Assembly: GCA_963827275.1 (NCBI GenBank)
Contig: CAWHAA010000004.1
Location: forward strand, 288,001 to 352,000
Direction: 5' to 3'
Source: an uncultured Spirochaetota bacterium
GTDB taxonomy: Bacteria > Spirochaetota > UBA4802 > UBA5550
DNA: 64,000 nt
Under the pieces are notes generated by a model, which saw only the letters and a list, made by a program, of their open reading frames with translations, had not been told where the DNA came from and ran no database searches. This document shows positions 1-9,947 of this stretch, one piece after another. Numbering within the stretch: position 1 is the first letter of the stretch; each line of letters starts with the position of its first letter. The position numbers and the translations under genes were made by a program.

Positions 1-449
1 CGATGCGGATCATATTCTGGGAGGTCGCCGAGGGAAAGAGGTTCCTCGAAACGCTCACCATGGAGTACGATATCCCCCGCAAGAAGCTCCTCACCGCGGT
101 GCTGGAGGAAGGGATAAAAACCGGCGAGTTCGAAACGGAATATCCGGCCCTGGCCGCGGCGAACATTACCTCGTTTATTTCGTTTTACTGCATCAACAAG
201 GAATTCTACCAGGGCAAGCCGCTGTTCCGCGAAATGTACGGGGACGCGACAGATACCGACGCCTTCAACTATGTCCTTGAGCTGGTGTTCAAGTCCCTCA
301 CGCCGCGCGGCAGCGAGTTCTCCATACCGAAGATCCCCGACGACCTGCAGCGGATACTGGATGAGGTGTTGAACTTTTTGATAGAAAAAAAGAACGGAAG
401 CATCAACGAGGAAATCTTCCGGCGAATAGATTCCATTTTGCATGAGTGA
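1..449 (+). CDS. TetR/AcrR-family regulator, C-terminal part (5' truncated by window)
   Basis: Helical ligand-binding-type region (RIIFWE...LEEGIKTGEF) typical of TetR C-termini; overlaps the start of the TolC gene; HTH not in window. Confidence 0.6.
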   Translation, partial: MRIIFWEVAEGKRFLETLTMEYDIPRKKLLTAVLEEGIKTGEFETEYPALAAANITSFISFYCINKEFYQGKPLFREMYGDATDTDAFNYVLELVFKSLTPRGSEFSIPKIPDDLQRILDEVLNFLIEKKNGSINEEIFRRIDSILHE

Positions 450-2127
450 TGAGGTTACTATGTTTCTGAAGAAGACGATGAAAGCGATTACTGTGCCGGC
501 CATGGCGCTCTGCCTGGCCCTCGGGTTTCCGTCCTCGCCGGGCGCGCGGGCCGAGGAAAAGAAGGCCGCCCCGGCTTCGGGAGCCGCGGCGTCGGCCGAT
601 AAGGGCGAGAACGACCGTGCGGCGCGGGAAAGCAGGCGGATAAAAATTGAATACGCTGACGAGCCCGCCATCGTGCTGGGGCCGATGAAGATCACCCTCG
701 GACAGGCGATCGAGTGGGCGGTGCGGCAGAACTTCGACCTGCTGGCGGCCAGCTACGACGTGGCCATGGTGGACACGGCGTACAATTCCTTTCAGAAAAA
801 GTTCGCGCCCGTGCTCTCGGCCGACGCCGGCGTTTCCTACGCCCAGCTTCCAGCCTCACAGCGCACGTTTGCCGGTAAGAGCGCCACACAGGCAGGGGCG
901 GGCGTCGGGATATACAAGAACTTTTCAAGCGGGACCACGGTCGCGGCCGGGTACAAGCATGAATACCTCGCAAAGAAGATGAGCGGCGGCATCACGTCGC
1001 AGCTCTTTTCCGGGATGTCGGGGCCCACGAACCCGCACAAGCCGGAGATATTTTTCATGGTCCAGCAGGAGCTCCTGAATAACTCGTTCGGGATAAACGA
1101 CAGGAAAATTGAAAAGATACTGAAAAACGCGACGACGATGCAGAAGGAGGGGATGATCCTGATGCTGTCCGTGGTGGTCGTCCAGGTGGTCGGTGAGTAC
1201 TGGGAGACGGTGGTCGCGAAGGTGTCGCTCGAGAACGCGGAGCTGCAGGTGCGTGAAACGAAAAAGGTGAGGGACATCACGGCCAGGAACGCGGGATACG
1301 GCCTGGCGGACGACTTCCAGCTCAATTCGTACAACATGATGCTGGCCGTGGCGGAGGCGAAGCTTGCCATGGCGCGCCAGGCATACCGCGAATCGCTCAG
1401 GAGCTTTCTTTCAACCATCAACATGGATGAAAATCTTGACGTGACCGGGACCGCGGTCTTTTCTAATAACTACCGGGCCGTCAACGTAGAAGAGGCGCTG
1501 AAGACCGCGTATGAGAAGCGTGCCGATTACCGGGCAGCGGTCCTCTCCCTGGAAAACGCAAAAATGTCGCTTGAAATGGCGACGAACAATACGCTCCCGT
1601 CCCTCAACGCCATCGTACAGGGGAAGGTCTCGGGGGAGAACAATAATTTCGCCGGGTCCTATGGCGACATCGCGCAGTTCAAGTACCCCGCCATCGAGGG
1701 AAAGCTCAAGATGTCCTATCCCATCGGCGACAAGGAAGTGTACACCAGGCAGCGGAACGCGCGCTTCAAGGTGAAACAGAGCGAGATCGAGCTGGAAAAA
1801 TCAAAAAGAAAGATCAAAGATGACATCATGAACGCGAGCGACGGGATTGATACGAATTACCGCTTCTACCAGAAAGCGGTGGAGGCCCGGAAGCAGGCGG
1901 AGCTGGGCTACCAGGGGATGCTGCGCGACCTCAGGCTGGGGCGGTTGAATTCCGCGGTCGTCAAAAACATGCTCGACGGCCTCATCCAGACACGGGACAT
2001 GGAGCTTGGCGCCGTGGTGATGTACAATGTTTCCCTCCTCTCGCTGGATGTGGCCAGGAATAATTTATTTGAAAAATATAATATCGACGTTGACAAATAT
2101 ATCCCGAAGGATATAAAAAAGAAGTAA
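442..2127 (+). CDS. TolC-family outer membrane efflux protein
   Basis: Signal peptide; ITLGQAIEWAVRQNFDL, VVGEYW and ALKTAYEKRADY OEP repeats; long coiled coils. Confidence 0.85.
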   Translation: MSDEVTMFLKKTMKAITVPAMALCLALGFPSSPGARAEEKKAAPASGAAASADKGENDRAARESRRIKIEYADEPAIVLGPMKITLGQAIEWAVRQNFDLLAASYDVAMVDTAYNSFQKKFAPVLSADAGVSYAQLPASQRTFAGKSATQAGAGVGIYKNFSSGTTVAAGYKHEYLAKKMSGGITSQLFSGMSGPTNPHKPEIFFMVQQELLNNSFGINDRKIEKILKNATTMQKEGMILMLSVVVVQVVGEYWETVVAKVSLENAELQVRETKKVRDITARNAGYGLADDFQLNSYNMMLAVAEAKLAMARQAYRESLRSFLSTINMDENLDVTGTAVFSNNYRAVNVEEALKTAYEKRADYRAAVLSLENAKMSLEMATNNTLPSLNAIVQGKVSGENNNFAGSYGDIAQFKYPAIEGKLKMSYPIGDKEVYTRQRNARFKVKQSEIELEKSKRKIKDDIMNASDGIDTNYRFYQKAVEARKQAELGYQGMLRDLRLGRLNSAVVKNMLDGLIQTRDMELGAVVMYNVSLLSLDVARNNLFEKYNIDVDKYIPKDIKKK

Positions 2128-2177
2128 TGCAATGGCCGGGGACCCCCACGGCGAAAAATCCGATCCGGAGGGACGTA

Positions 2178-3209
2178 ATGAAAAGTCCGGTTATTTCCCT
2201 GCTGCTGTCTTTTGCCTGCGCCGCGGCTGCGCTGCAGTGCACAAAAAAGGCCGCGCCGGTCGAGTACGTTGTTGATTTTCTCTCCGGAGAGGTGAGCCTC
2301 GCCGGCCCCGGTGAACCGGTGCGGGCGAATGTCGGCGACATCATCCGCGAGGGAATGACAATCTCGACGGGTGAAAGATCATTCGCGCGGGTCAGCTTCG
2401 GCGAGAACGTTTTGAAGATATACGAGATGACGGAGCTGGCCTTCCCCTCCCTGTCCCACGACCCGGCAAGCGGCGCGGAACAAACCGGGATGCGCATGGA
2501 GAAGGGAACGATTCTCTCCAGCGTGGCAGTGAAGCTCGCCAAGGGAGATTCACACAGCGTCTCCTCGGACACCATGATTGCCGCGGTCCGCGGCACGGAA
2601 TACCTCTATTCGGTCGATGGCATCCTTGGCGTTGTGGCCTGCTACCGGGGCGCCATGTCCGTGCTTCGCGCCGGGAGCGATGAAGAGATCATCCTCAATG
2701 CGGGGGAGATGGTGTACGTAAGGAAAGGGAAGAAGATGAAGGCGGAGACCATACCCGCGAATTTCCGGTACAAGGATTTTACATACGGCAGGGACCCGGC
2801 GTCGCCGGACGCGGCGGGCATTGGTAAAGGCCGGGAACGGGTAACCGCCGCGGCGCACAAGCGCAGCGGAGGCGCGGGAACAAGCGTGGCCGGGACGGAA
2901 ATGACCGGCAGCGCAAAAAATGCCGCCACCGCCCCTGCGGCTAAAAAGGCGGGCGCAGCAGCCGGCAGTACCGCGTTGATTGCAGCAAAAAAAGAGGCGC
3001 AGGGCGCCGGCGGGGAACGGGCAGTTGCATCGGAACGCACGGTGAGGAAAGAGACCGCGGCCGGGAAGGAGAAAGAAGCCGGTACGGATACCGCCGAGAA
3101 GAAACAGGCCTCCGTAGAGACGCAAAAAGCCGCGGCCGCGGCAGCGCGGCAACCGCAGCCGGGCGCGCTGCTCGAAAAGCCGAGGGTCGATGTGCCTGAA
3201 TTGAAGTAG
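2178..3209 (+). CDS. FecR-domain lipoprotein (LipL45-like) with Ala/Lys-rich low-complexity tail
   Basis: GGAGG RBS before ATG 2178; lipobox-like ALQ-C; FecR motifs GDIIREG..ISTG and AAVRGTEY. Confidence 0.7.
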   Translation: MKSPVISLLLSFACAAAALQCTKKAAPVEYVVDFLSGEVSLAGPGEPVRANVGDIIREGMTISTGERSFARVSFGENVLKIYEMTELAFPSLSHDPASGAEQTGMRMEKGTILSSVAVKLAKGDSHSVSSDTMIAAVRGTEYLYSVDGILGVVACYRGAMSVLRAGSDEEIILNAGEMVYVRKGKKMKAETIPANFRYKDFTYGRDPASPDAAGIGKGRERVTAAAHKRSGGAGTSVAGTEMTGSAKNAATAPAAKKAGAAAGSTALIAAKKEAQGAGGERAVASERTVRKETAAGKEKEAGTDTAEKKQASVETQKAAAAAARQPQPGALLEKPRVDVPELK

Positions 3210-3217
3210 GCTGTTGT

Positions 3218-3244
3218 GGAAAGCGCCGCCAAACGGCGCGTTCC
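3218..3244. terminator. Hairpin between convergent genes
   Basis: GGAA-A-GCGCCG-ccaaa-CGGCGC-G-TTCC between stops at 3209 and 3245. Confidence 0.5.
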
Positions 3245-5197
3245 TTATTTCCCGATCTGTTTCAGCCTCGTATCGCAGTTTGTTACGCCCATCTTCGATC
3301 CCGCGTCATTGTAGAGGGGGCGCGCTTTTTCATATCCTTCGCGCGCCGCCGGGAAACGCTTTGAATAATAATCGATATCGCCCAGGCTGTAGATGCAATT
3401 TGCCTCGCCGAGTACCGACCCCGCCTGCCGGTAGAGCTCCAGGGCCGTGGCGTAGAGCTTGCCCGCTTCGTCATACGCGGGCTTTCGGAACAGTATCTCC
3501 CCGTGCATGTAAAGAGAATTCGCTTCGCCCAGCGCTGACGCCGCTGTGCGGTAGAGGCCGAGGGCCGCGGCAAACCGTTCGTGCGCCTCGCCGTACTTCT
3601 TTCCATTAAATTTCATTTCGCCGAGCCGGTACAGGCAGTTTGCTTCCCCGACCGGGGAGCCTGCTTTGCGGTACCGGTCGATCGCGGCCCCGAACCTCAT
3701 TTCCGCATCCCCGTACTTTTTGCGGTTAACGTTGATTTCGCCGAGCCGGTACAGACAGTTTGCTTCGCCGATCAGGGAGCCGGATTTTTGGTAGAGGGGG
3801 ATCGCCGCCTTGAACCGCGCCGCCGCCTCATCGTACTTCTTCCCGGATAATTTGATCTCGCCGATGCGGTACACGCTGTTCGCTTCCCCGACCGCGGAGC
3901 TCGCCTCCCGGTAGCGCGCCGCCGACTCACGGTAGAGCTTTTCCGCTCTGTCCAGGCTCCCGTTGCCCCGCGCGATCTCTGCGAGGCCGTAGAGCGCGTC
4001 AGCCGATTTTTTGCCTGTCGCCGACCTGTCGAGCGAGCCGATTGCCGTATCGGCGAGGCGCTCGGCCTCCAGACGGTTTTTTTTCTCTGAGGCAAGCTCG
4101 GCGAGCCGTCGGATGCATTCCGCTTTTTCCGGGAACGCGCCCCCGGTTTCATACCGTCGCAGGGCCTTCCGGTAAAGGTCTTCGGCCTGGGCGATGTCGC
4201 CCTTTGCGCGCGCCAGGTCCCCGAGGCGCATCAGGCAGTATGCTTCGCCCTGTGCCGATTTCACCTTCCTGTACAGGGCGAGGGCGTTCCGGAAATGATC
4301 CCCCGCCCCGGCGGTATTATTCTCGGCGAGGGAGATATCGCCCAGCATCCTGACGCAGTTTGCCACGCCGAGGAGCGACCCGGATTTTTTATACAGCGCG
4401 AGGGCCTGCCCGTACCGTTCCCGGGCGGGGCCATGCGACGCGGCGTTGAACGAGATGTCCCCGAGCCGCTTGAGGCAGTTCGCCTCGCCTAGCGGGGACC
4501 CGAGCTTCCGGAAGAGGGGGAGCGCCTGCAGGTAGTTGGTCTCCGCCTGCGCGTAATCGCCCATGGTGAGGGCGATGTCGCCGAAGCGCTTTGTGCAGTT
4601 TGCTTCGCCGAAGGAAGACCCGGCGGAGCGGTAGAGGAGGAGCGCCTCCTGGAATTGTGCCCGCGCGCGGGGGTAGTCGAACGTGCGGAAGGCGATGTCG
4701 CCGAGCCTGCTGACACAGCGGGCCTGCCAGATGACGCTGCCCGATTCCCTGGAGACGGACAGGGCGTCGGCATACGCCGCCCGCGCATCCCCGTACTTGT
4801 ACTGGTAGTCAAGGAGAATGGTGCCCCGCTCATACAGGACCGCGGCGATGGCGTTCTTCATGTTGTTCCGGCGCGCGATCTCTTCGAGGGCGCGCGTCAT
4901 GCGGACGCCCCTGTCATCGGAATAATTGCCGTCAAGGGATGAGGCGCGGGCGGCGCCGCGGAGCAGCCACTGCTCGGTGTTGACCGCGCTGTTGGCCGCG
5001 GCGATCTCCCTGCGCCTGCCGGCATCGCTTTCATCAGCGAGCTGTTCAAGTAGCGCGGTGTCGGCGGCGCTCCATGACGGCATGTCCCCCGCGTATCCCT
5101 GCATCCAGAACGAGCAGAACATTGTTGCCAGGAGAACGAGGGCGTGCTTCCCGCACCAGCGCTTTTGTATGGGGATATCAGTCATTGATTGATGCAT
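3245..5197 (-). CDS. Exported tetratricopeptide-repeat protein (~14 repeats of 40 aa)
   Basis: GAGGAG RBS before ATG 5197; repeated GEANCLxRLGDI/EI units; hydrophobic N-terminal segment. Confidence 0.85.
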   Translation of the reverse strand: MHQSMTDIPIQKRWCGKHALVLLATMFCSFWMQGYAGDMPSWSAADTALLEQLADESDAGRRREIAAANSAVNTEQWLLRGAARASSLDGNYSDDRGVRMTRALEEIARRNNMKNAIAAVLYERGTILLDYQYKYGDARAAYADALSVSRESGSVIWQARCVSRLGDIAFRTFDYPRARAQFQEALLLYRSAGSSFGEANCTKRFGDIALTMGDYAQAETNYLQALPLFRKLGSPLGEANCLKRLGDISFNAASHGPARERYGQALALYKKSGSLLGVANCVRMLGDISLAENNTAGAGDHFRNALALYRKVKSAQGEAYCLMRLGDLARAKGDIAQAEDLYRKALRRYETGGAFPEKAECIRRLAELASEKKNRLEAERLADTAIGSLDRSATGKKSADALYGLAEIARGNGSLDRAEKLYRESAARYREASSAVGEANSVYRIGEIKLSGKKYDEAAARFKAAIPLYQKSGSLIGEANCLYRLGEINVNRKKYGDAEMRFGAAIDRYRKAGSPVGEANCLYRLGEMKFNGKKYGEAHERFAAALGLYRTAASALGEANSLYMHGEILFRKPAYDEAGKLYATALELYRQAGSVLGEANCIYSLGDIDYYSKRFPAAREGYEKARPLYNDAGSKMGVTNCDTRLKQIGK

Positions 5198-5509
5198 GGT
5201 GTGGCTCCTCATAATAATATCAATGCGTACCTGCACGATAATAATTCTTTTTACTCTCTTCTTTCCCTGTTGTCCATTCATTTTTCATTATTGTCCGTGG
5301 CGCGGCCCTCCCGGTTTCCCCGCTGGAGGCGGTCTTTCGGGGGATGAATAAAATAATATTTTTATCGAAAAAAGTTGAAAAGATCCCCCCTGTTTTTCAT
5401 GAAGATGATTTTTTTCTTGCTTTTATCAGCGCCAATTAAGCTTTATATGAGTATACACGGTTTCCTCTGTGGTGAATCTTTTAATGCAATATTATAGAAG
5501 GCGGCAACC

Positions 5510-6010
5510 ATGAAACATATCTCTTTTTTATTGATGGGAATCATCGCCCTGTCAGGCTGCGGAAGGATGACCAGGGTCCCGGAAGAAAACCGGGCGGTCC
5601 GGAAGGTTTTCGAAGTCGCTCTTCCGAAAAAGGAGATATACAACCGGGCGCTGGAATGGTGCGCGAAACGGTTTGCCGACGTCAAGGAAGACGTTGTTGT
5701 AAAGGACGGCGAGAAAGGAACGATTATCGCGCGCGGGACCGGGAAATATTCGGAATATTTCGATTTCCTCGTGGACCGCGAATTCAGCTACAGCATGACT
5801 ATAGAAACTAAGGACAGCCGGTACCGCGTCACCTTTGACAACTTTACCGTGTACTATGATGAGCGGCAGATGAAGTCGGGCAAGGCCGAGTACCGGTTCG
5901 AGCTGGATAAGATCTCCAAAAAACTGGACAGGGACATGGAGGCCCTCCGCGAGTACGTCTCCCGCGGCGCCGCTGAAAAGGAAAAGGAAAAGAAAGAAGA
6001 GGAATGGTAG
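5510..6010 (+). CDS. Lipoprotein, DUF4468-like (TBP-like fold)
   Basis: Lipobox LSG-C; KEIYNRALEW..F, D.EKGTII.RG and IETKDSRYRVTF pattern. Confidence 0.65.
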   Translation: MKHISFLLMGIIALSGCGRMTRVPEENRAVRKVFEVALPKKEIYNRALEWCAKRFADVKEDVVVKDGEKGTIIARGTGKYSEYFDFLVDREFSYSMTIETKDSRYRVTFDNFTVYYDERQMKSGKAEYRFELDKISKKLDRDMEALREYVSRGAAEKEKEKKEEEW

Positions 6011-6034
6011 GGCGGCGGCACCGCCGCGACCCTG

Positions 6035-6358
6035 TTACAGCTTCAGTGTCACAACACGGCGCCCTGCGTTCGTCCTGATCGCAACGCCGACGTTTCTTAA
6101 CAATGCCTGTTCAAGCTCGTATTCAAAGTCCGTGCCCCACGCTTCGAATTCTTTATCTGAAAAATACTCCGCGGCGCATGAGAGCTCAATATCCGGCCCA
6201 TTGATAACGACGCTGAATTTTTTTTCCTGCCTGGCGGGGGCGCCCATCGTTATTTCAAGTATATTCCCCGATGCGTCCGGACGCTGGATGTCCAGGGCGT
6301 CCATCTTCATCGTTTTCGTCAGCACCCCGATCACGTTCATGTAGTCATTGTTGGCCAT
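6035..6358 (-). CDS. Hypothetical protein
   Basis: 107-aa ORF with GGAG RBS and globular composition. Confidence 0.6.
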   Translation of the reverse strand: MANNDYMNVIGVLTKTMKMDALDIQRPDASGNILEITMGAPARQEKKFSVVINGPDIELSCAAEYFSDKEFEAWGTDFEYELEQALLRNVGVAIRTNAGRRVVTLKL

Positions 6359-6373
6359 CAGGCGTCTCCGGCA

Positions 6374-7003
6374 TCACTTCCCCCCGGCCGCGCCCCGGGC
6401 GCCCCGCTTGTTCCCGCGCGATTTCGACCGTTCGCGTAACGCCCTGTCGAAACTGAGATACTTCGAATTGAGATGCAGCGGCTTGAATTCCTTCCTGTTG
6501 GCGAGTATTTCCCGCAGCAGGCGGCCGGGGCTCGTGGTTTCCGGGTCGAGACCGCTGACGGTTTCGTAGCGGGCGCTGCGCAGCAGCCTGATCACCGCTT
6601 CCGAGCAGGTGAGCTTCCAGGGGCTCTGGTTGATGTCGAGGGAGAAGCGGTTCCTGTGCCATGAAGAGAGCAGGCTTTTGATCCCGATGATGATGGCGCT
6701 GCGGTAATTGAACTTGGTCCCCAGGCGGTGCGCGATTGTCTGCAGCCCCCTCTCCAGCGGACGGGAGGCGGGCCTGAACTCTGCCACAAGAATGTTCTCC
6801 CTGGTCCAGCGGTTCCAGGGGCGGAGCTCAAAGCCCCAGGACTGGGCCTGCATCACCATGCGCATGTTCAGGTCCCTGTCGTAAAAGGCGATGAAGGCAT
6901 GGCTGCAGGATGAGCGCGTGGCCCAGCGGATGATCCCGGAGATCAGGAGCCGGGTTGTCGAGAAACCGACGGTGATGTGTTGCTGTCTGTATGAGTTGTT
7001 CAT
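6374..7003 (-). CDS. Permuted papain-like (YiiX/YaeF, NlpC/P60) amidase-like protein
   Basis: His motif SHAFIA precedes Cys motif LTCSEAV; also LGTKFNY and TSPGRL motifs. Confidence 0.6.
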   Translation of the reverse strand: MNNSYRQQHITVGFSTTRLLISGIIRWATRSSCSHAFIAFYDRDLNMRMVMQAQSWGFELRPWNRWTRENILVAEFRPASRPLERGLQTIAHRLGTKFNYRSAIIIGIKSLLSSWHRNRFSLDINQSPWKLTCSEAVIRLLRSARYETVSGLDPETTSPGRLLREILANRKEFKPLHLNSKYLSFDRALRERSKSRGNKRGARGAAGGK

Positions 7004-7166
7004 GGTGTATCCCGAGATTTTATGGCTTCCCGCAAACAATATCTTTATTATGCCATTCTTGCAAGTAAAAACTGATACATGGGTGACTGGGTGGCCTGTA
7101 AGAAGGGGGTCAGAGTAAGCCAATAGCATTTTTTTTAGCATAAATCTGAATTTTTTTCCTTGGCAC

Positions 7167-7195
7167 TTGACGTTTCTATGTAAGGCGAGTATATT
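7167..7195 (+). promoter_or_regulatory. Sigma70 promoter of hsp20-dnaK
   Basis: TTGACG-17 nt-TATATT immediately upstream of CIRCE. Confidence 0.75.
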
Positions 7196-7209
7196 TTATA
7201 TAGAAATTG

Positions 7210-7236
7210 TTAGCACTCAATAAAGATGAGTGCTAA
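7210..7236 (+). promoter_or_regulatory. CIRCE operator (HrcA binding site)
   Basis: Perfect TTAGCACTC-N9-GAGTGCTAA. Confidence 0.97.
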
Positions 7237-7255
7237 CATAAAAAGGAGGAAGGCC

Positions 7256-7690
7256 ATGAAATGGGGAGTAGCAAATATAAATAATAGAGATGTAATGCAT
7301 CCAACTCTCTTTGATGATTTTTTCAAGCTTATGCCGGTTGATCTTTACGCGGAAGAGTTATATCCGAAAGTCGATGTCCATGAGGACGATAAAGCGGTAT
7401 ATGTTAAAGCTGAATTGCCGGGCATAGACGAGAAAGATCTGAACTTAACGCTGAAAGAAAACGTGCTTACCATCTCCGGAGAGAAAAAAGAAGAGAAAAC
7501 CGAAGGTGATAAAAGCAAAAGCTACTGGTATTGCGAGCGTTCGTTCGGGTCATTCACCAGGACCCTGGCGCTGCCCGATGGAATCAAGAGGGATGATGTC
7601 AACGCCACCTACAAGAATGGCGTGCTGGAGATAGTATTGCAGAAAGCTGAAGCCGAACAGCCGAAGAAGATCACCGTGAATGTGAACTGA
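7256..7690 (+). CDS. Hsp20/alpha-crystallin small heat shock protein
   Basis: AGGAGG RBS; PKVDVHE, AELPG, ERSFGSFTR and ATYKNGVLEI motifs. Confidence 0.95.
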   Translation: MKWGVANINNRDVMHPTLFDDFFKLMPVDLYAEELYPKVDVHEDDKAVYVKAELPGIDEKDLNLTLKENVLTISGEKKEEKTEGDKSKSYWYCERSFGSFTRTLALPDGIKRDDVNATYKNGVLEIVLQKAEAEQPKKITVNVN

Positions 7691-7819
7691 AAGCCCACGG
7701 TGGCAGGGAACAACGCGCAGCAAGGATAGCAAACAGGAAATAGAGCGACAGGAGCGGGCCCGGCCATGAGATAGATCGCCGGGCCCGTTCTTGGGCAGGA
7801 AGAAAAAAGGAGGAATACA

Positions 7820-9778
7820 ATGAGCAAGATTATAGGAATAGATTTAGGGACCACGAACTCGTGCGTGGCGATCATGTCGGGCGGCGATCCCGCGGTAATT
7901 CAGAACGCCGAGGGACAGCGGACGACCCCGTCAATCGTGGCGTATACCGACAAGGACGAGCGGCTGGTCGGACAGGTGGCAAAAAACCAGATTATCACGA
8001 ACCCGGTCAACACCATACGGTCCATCAAGCGGTTCATGGGCAGGAAATACAATGAGATCAGCGAAGAGATCCACACGGTACCCTACCAGGTCGTGGAAGA
8101 CGGGAAGGGCGTCAAGGTGCGGACGGCGGCGGGTGATTTCACCCCCCAGGAGATATCGGCCAGGATTCTTCAGAAGATGAAGCAGACCGCGGAGGATTTC
8201 CTCGGCGAGAAGGTCACGAAGGCCGTCATAACGGTGCCGGCGTATTTCAACGACGAGCAGCGCCAGGCGACCAAGGACGCGGGCCGCATCGCGGGCCTGG
8301 AGGTGGAGCGCATCATCAACGAGCCGACCGCAGCGGCGCTTGCCTACGGCCTTGACAAGAAGGGCAAGAAGAACGAAAAGGTGGCGGTGTACGACCTGGG
8401 CGGCGGCACCTTCGACATCTCCATCCTTGAGCTCGGGGACGGCGTATTCGAGGTGAAGTCGACCAACGGGAACACGCACCTTGGCGGCGATGACTTCGAC
8501 CAGCGCATCATCGAGTGGCTGATACTGGAATTCAAGAAGCAGACCGGCATCGACGTGTCGAACGACAAGATGGCGCTCCAGCGTCTCAAGGAGGCGGCCG
8601 AAAAGGCGAAGATCGAGCTGTCGGGCAAGTCGCAGACCGAGGTGAACATACCGTTCCTGACCGCGGACCAGAGCGGGCCGCGGCACCTGCTCGTCACCCT
8701 CACCAGGGCGAAGCTCGAGCAGCTTATCGGCGACCTGGTCGAATCCACGCAGGGGCCCTGCAGGCAGGCGCTCGAGGACGCGGGGCTCACGCCGGGCGAT
8801 ATCGACGAGGTGCTTCTCGTCGGCGGCTCGACGCGCATCCCGGCCGTGCAGGAGCTGGTGAAGAAGATATTCGGCAGGGAGCCGAACAGGAGCGTGAACC
8901 CGGACGAGGTGGTGGCCATCGGCGCCGCGATACAGGGCGGCGTGCTCGCGGGCGATGTGCATGACGTGCTTCTCCTCGACGTGACCCCGCTGTCACTCGG
9001 CATCGAGACCCTCGGCGGCGTCATGACCAGGCTGATCGAACGGAACACGACGATCCCCACGCGGAAGAGCCAGGTCTTCACGACCGCGGAGGACAGCCAG
9101 CCGGCCGTGTCGGTGCACGTGCTGCAGGGCGAGAGGGAGCTGGCGGTTCACAACAGGACCCTGGGGAGGTTCGAGCTTACGGGCATCGCGCCCGCGCCGC
9201 GCGGCGTTCCCCAGATCGAGGTCAGCTTCGACATCGACGCGAACGGCATCGTCCACGTCTCGGCGAAGGACCTGGGCACCGGCAAGGAGCAGAAGATACG
9301 CATCGAGTCTTCGGGCGGCGTCAGCGAGGATGAGATCAGGCGGATGGTGAAGGACGCGGAGTCGCACTCCGAGGAGGACCGGAAGGAGCGCGAGCTGATC
9401 GAGGCCCGCAACGAGGCGGATACGCTGGCCTACTCCACGGAGAGGATGCTCCGTGAAAACGGGGCGGCGCTCTCTCCGGAGGACCGCGGGAAGATCGAGT
9501 CCGCTGTTTCCGAACTGAAACGCGCGAAGGAAGGAAGCGACGTGAACGCGATCAGGACGGCGCGGGCCGGCCTGGAGCGGGCAGCGCAGGAGGCCGGAAG
9601 CAGGCTCTACAAGAACGCGGGCGGCCCGCAGGCGGGCGCACAGGGCCCGGGCCCGGAGCCCCGCCGCGCAGATCCGGAACAGGACGGCGGTTCGCCGCAC
9701 GCGGCCGGACAGGGCAGCGGCGAAAAAGTCTATGACGCCGAGTATGAGGTCATGGACGATGAGCGGAAAGCCGGATAA
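7820..9778 (+). CDS. dnaK: Chaperone DnaK (Hsp70)
   Basis: [26 protein letters not shown] and [11 protein letters not shown] motifs. Confidence 0.98.
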   Translation: MSKIIGIDLGTTNSCVAIMSGGDPAVIQNAEGQRTTPSIVAYTDKDERLVGQVAKNQIITNPVNTIRSIKRFMGRKYNEISEEIHTVPYQVVEDGKGVKVRTAAGDFTPQEISARILQKMKQTAEDFLGEKVTKAVITVPAYFNDEQRQATKDAGRIAGLEVERIINEPTAAALAYGLDKKGKKNEKVAVYDLGGGTFDISILELGDGVFEVKSTNGNTHLGGDDFDQRIIEWLILEFKKQTGIDVSNDKMALQRLKEAAEKAKIELSGKSQTEVNIPFLTADQSGPRHLLVTLTRAKLEQLIGDLVESTQGPCRQALEDAGLTPGDIDEVLLVGGSTRIPAVQELVKKIFGREPNRSVNPDEVVAIGAAIQGGVLAGDVHDVLLLDVTPLSLGIETLGGVMTRLIERNTTIPTRKSQVFTTAEDSQPAVSVHVLQGERELAVHNRTLGRFELTGIAPAPRGVPQIEVSFDIDANGIVHVSAKDLGTGKEQKIRIESSGGVSEDEIRRMVKDAESHSEEDRKERELIEARNEADTLAYSTERMLRENGAALSPEDRGKIESAVSELKRAKEGSDVNAIRTARAGLERAAQEAGSRLYKNAGGPQAGAQGPGPEPRRADPEQDGGSPHAAGQGSGEKVYDAEYEVMDDERKAG

Positions 9779-9806
9779 TATAGATGTACGGGATCCTTTA
9801 ACCAGG

Positions 9807-9840
9807 GGCCCGCGGACCAGACCGCGGGCCTTTTTATTTT
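9807..9840 (+). terminator. Rho-independent terminator after dnaK
   Basis: GGCCCGCGG-accaga-CCGCGGGCC followed by TTTTTATTTT. Confidence 0.85.
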
Positions 9841-9947
9841 CCCGGTTTTTTCTACTTGCCAAAATTACCCGCATTATGTCTAATAACATGGGGAAGCGTT
9901 TATTACAGAGCCTGTTTTCGCGGCTCTGTTTTTATGGGTGGACATAT

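Noticed and set aside
3380..4740. Periodic DNA repeats as a possible CRISPR array or DGR
   Set aside because: 120-nt period is in frame with TPR units inside one ORF; no spacers, cas genes or reverse transcriptase
7931..9889. Long antisense ORFs opposite dnaK (343, 245 and 298 aa)
   Set aside because: Shadow frames produced by strong GC3 codon bias; no RBS or motifs; a familiar artefact opposite dnaK
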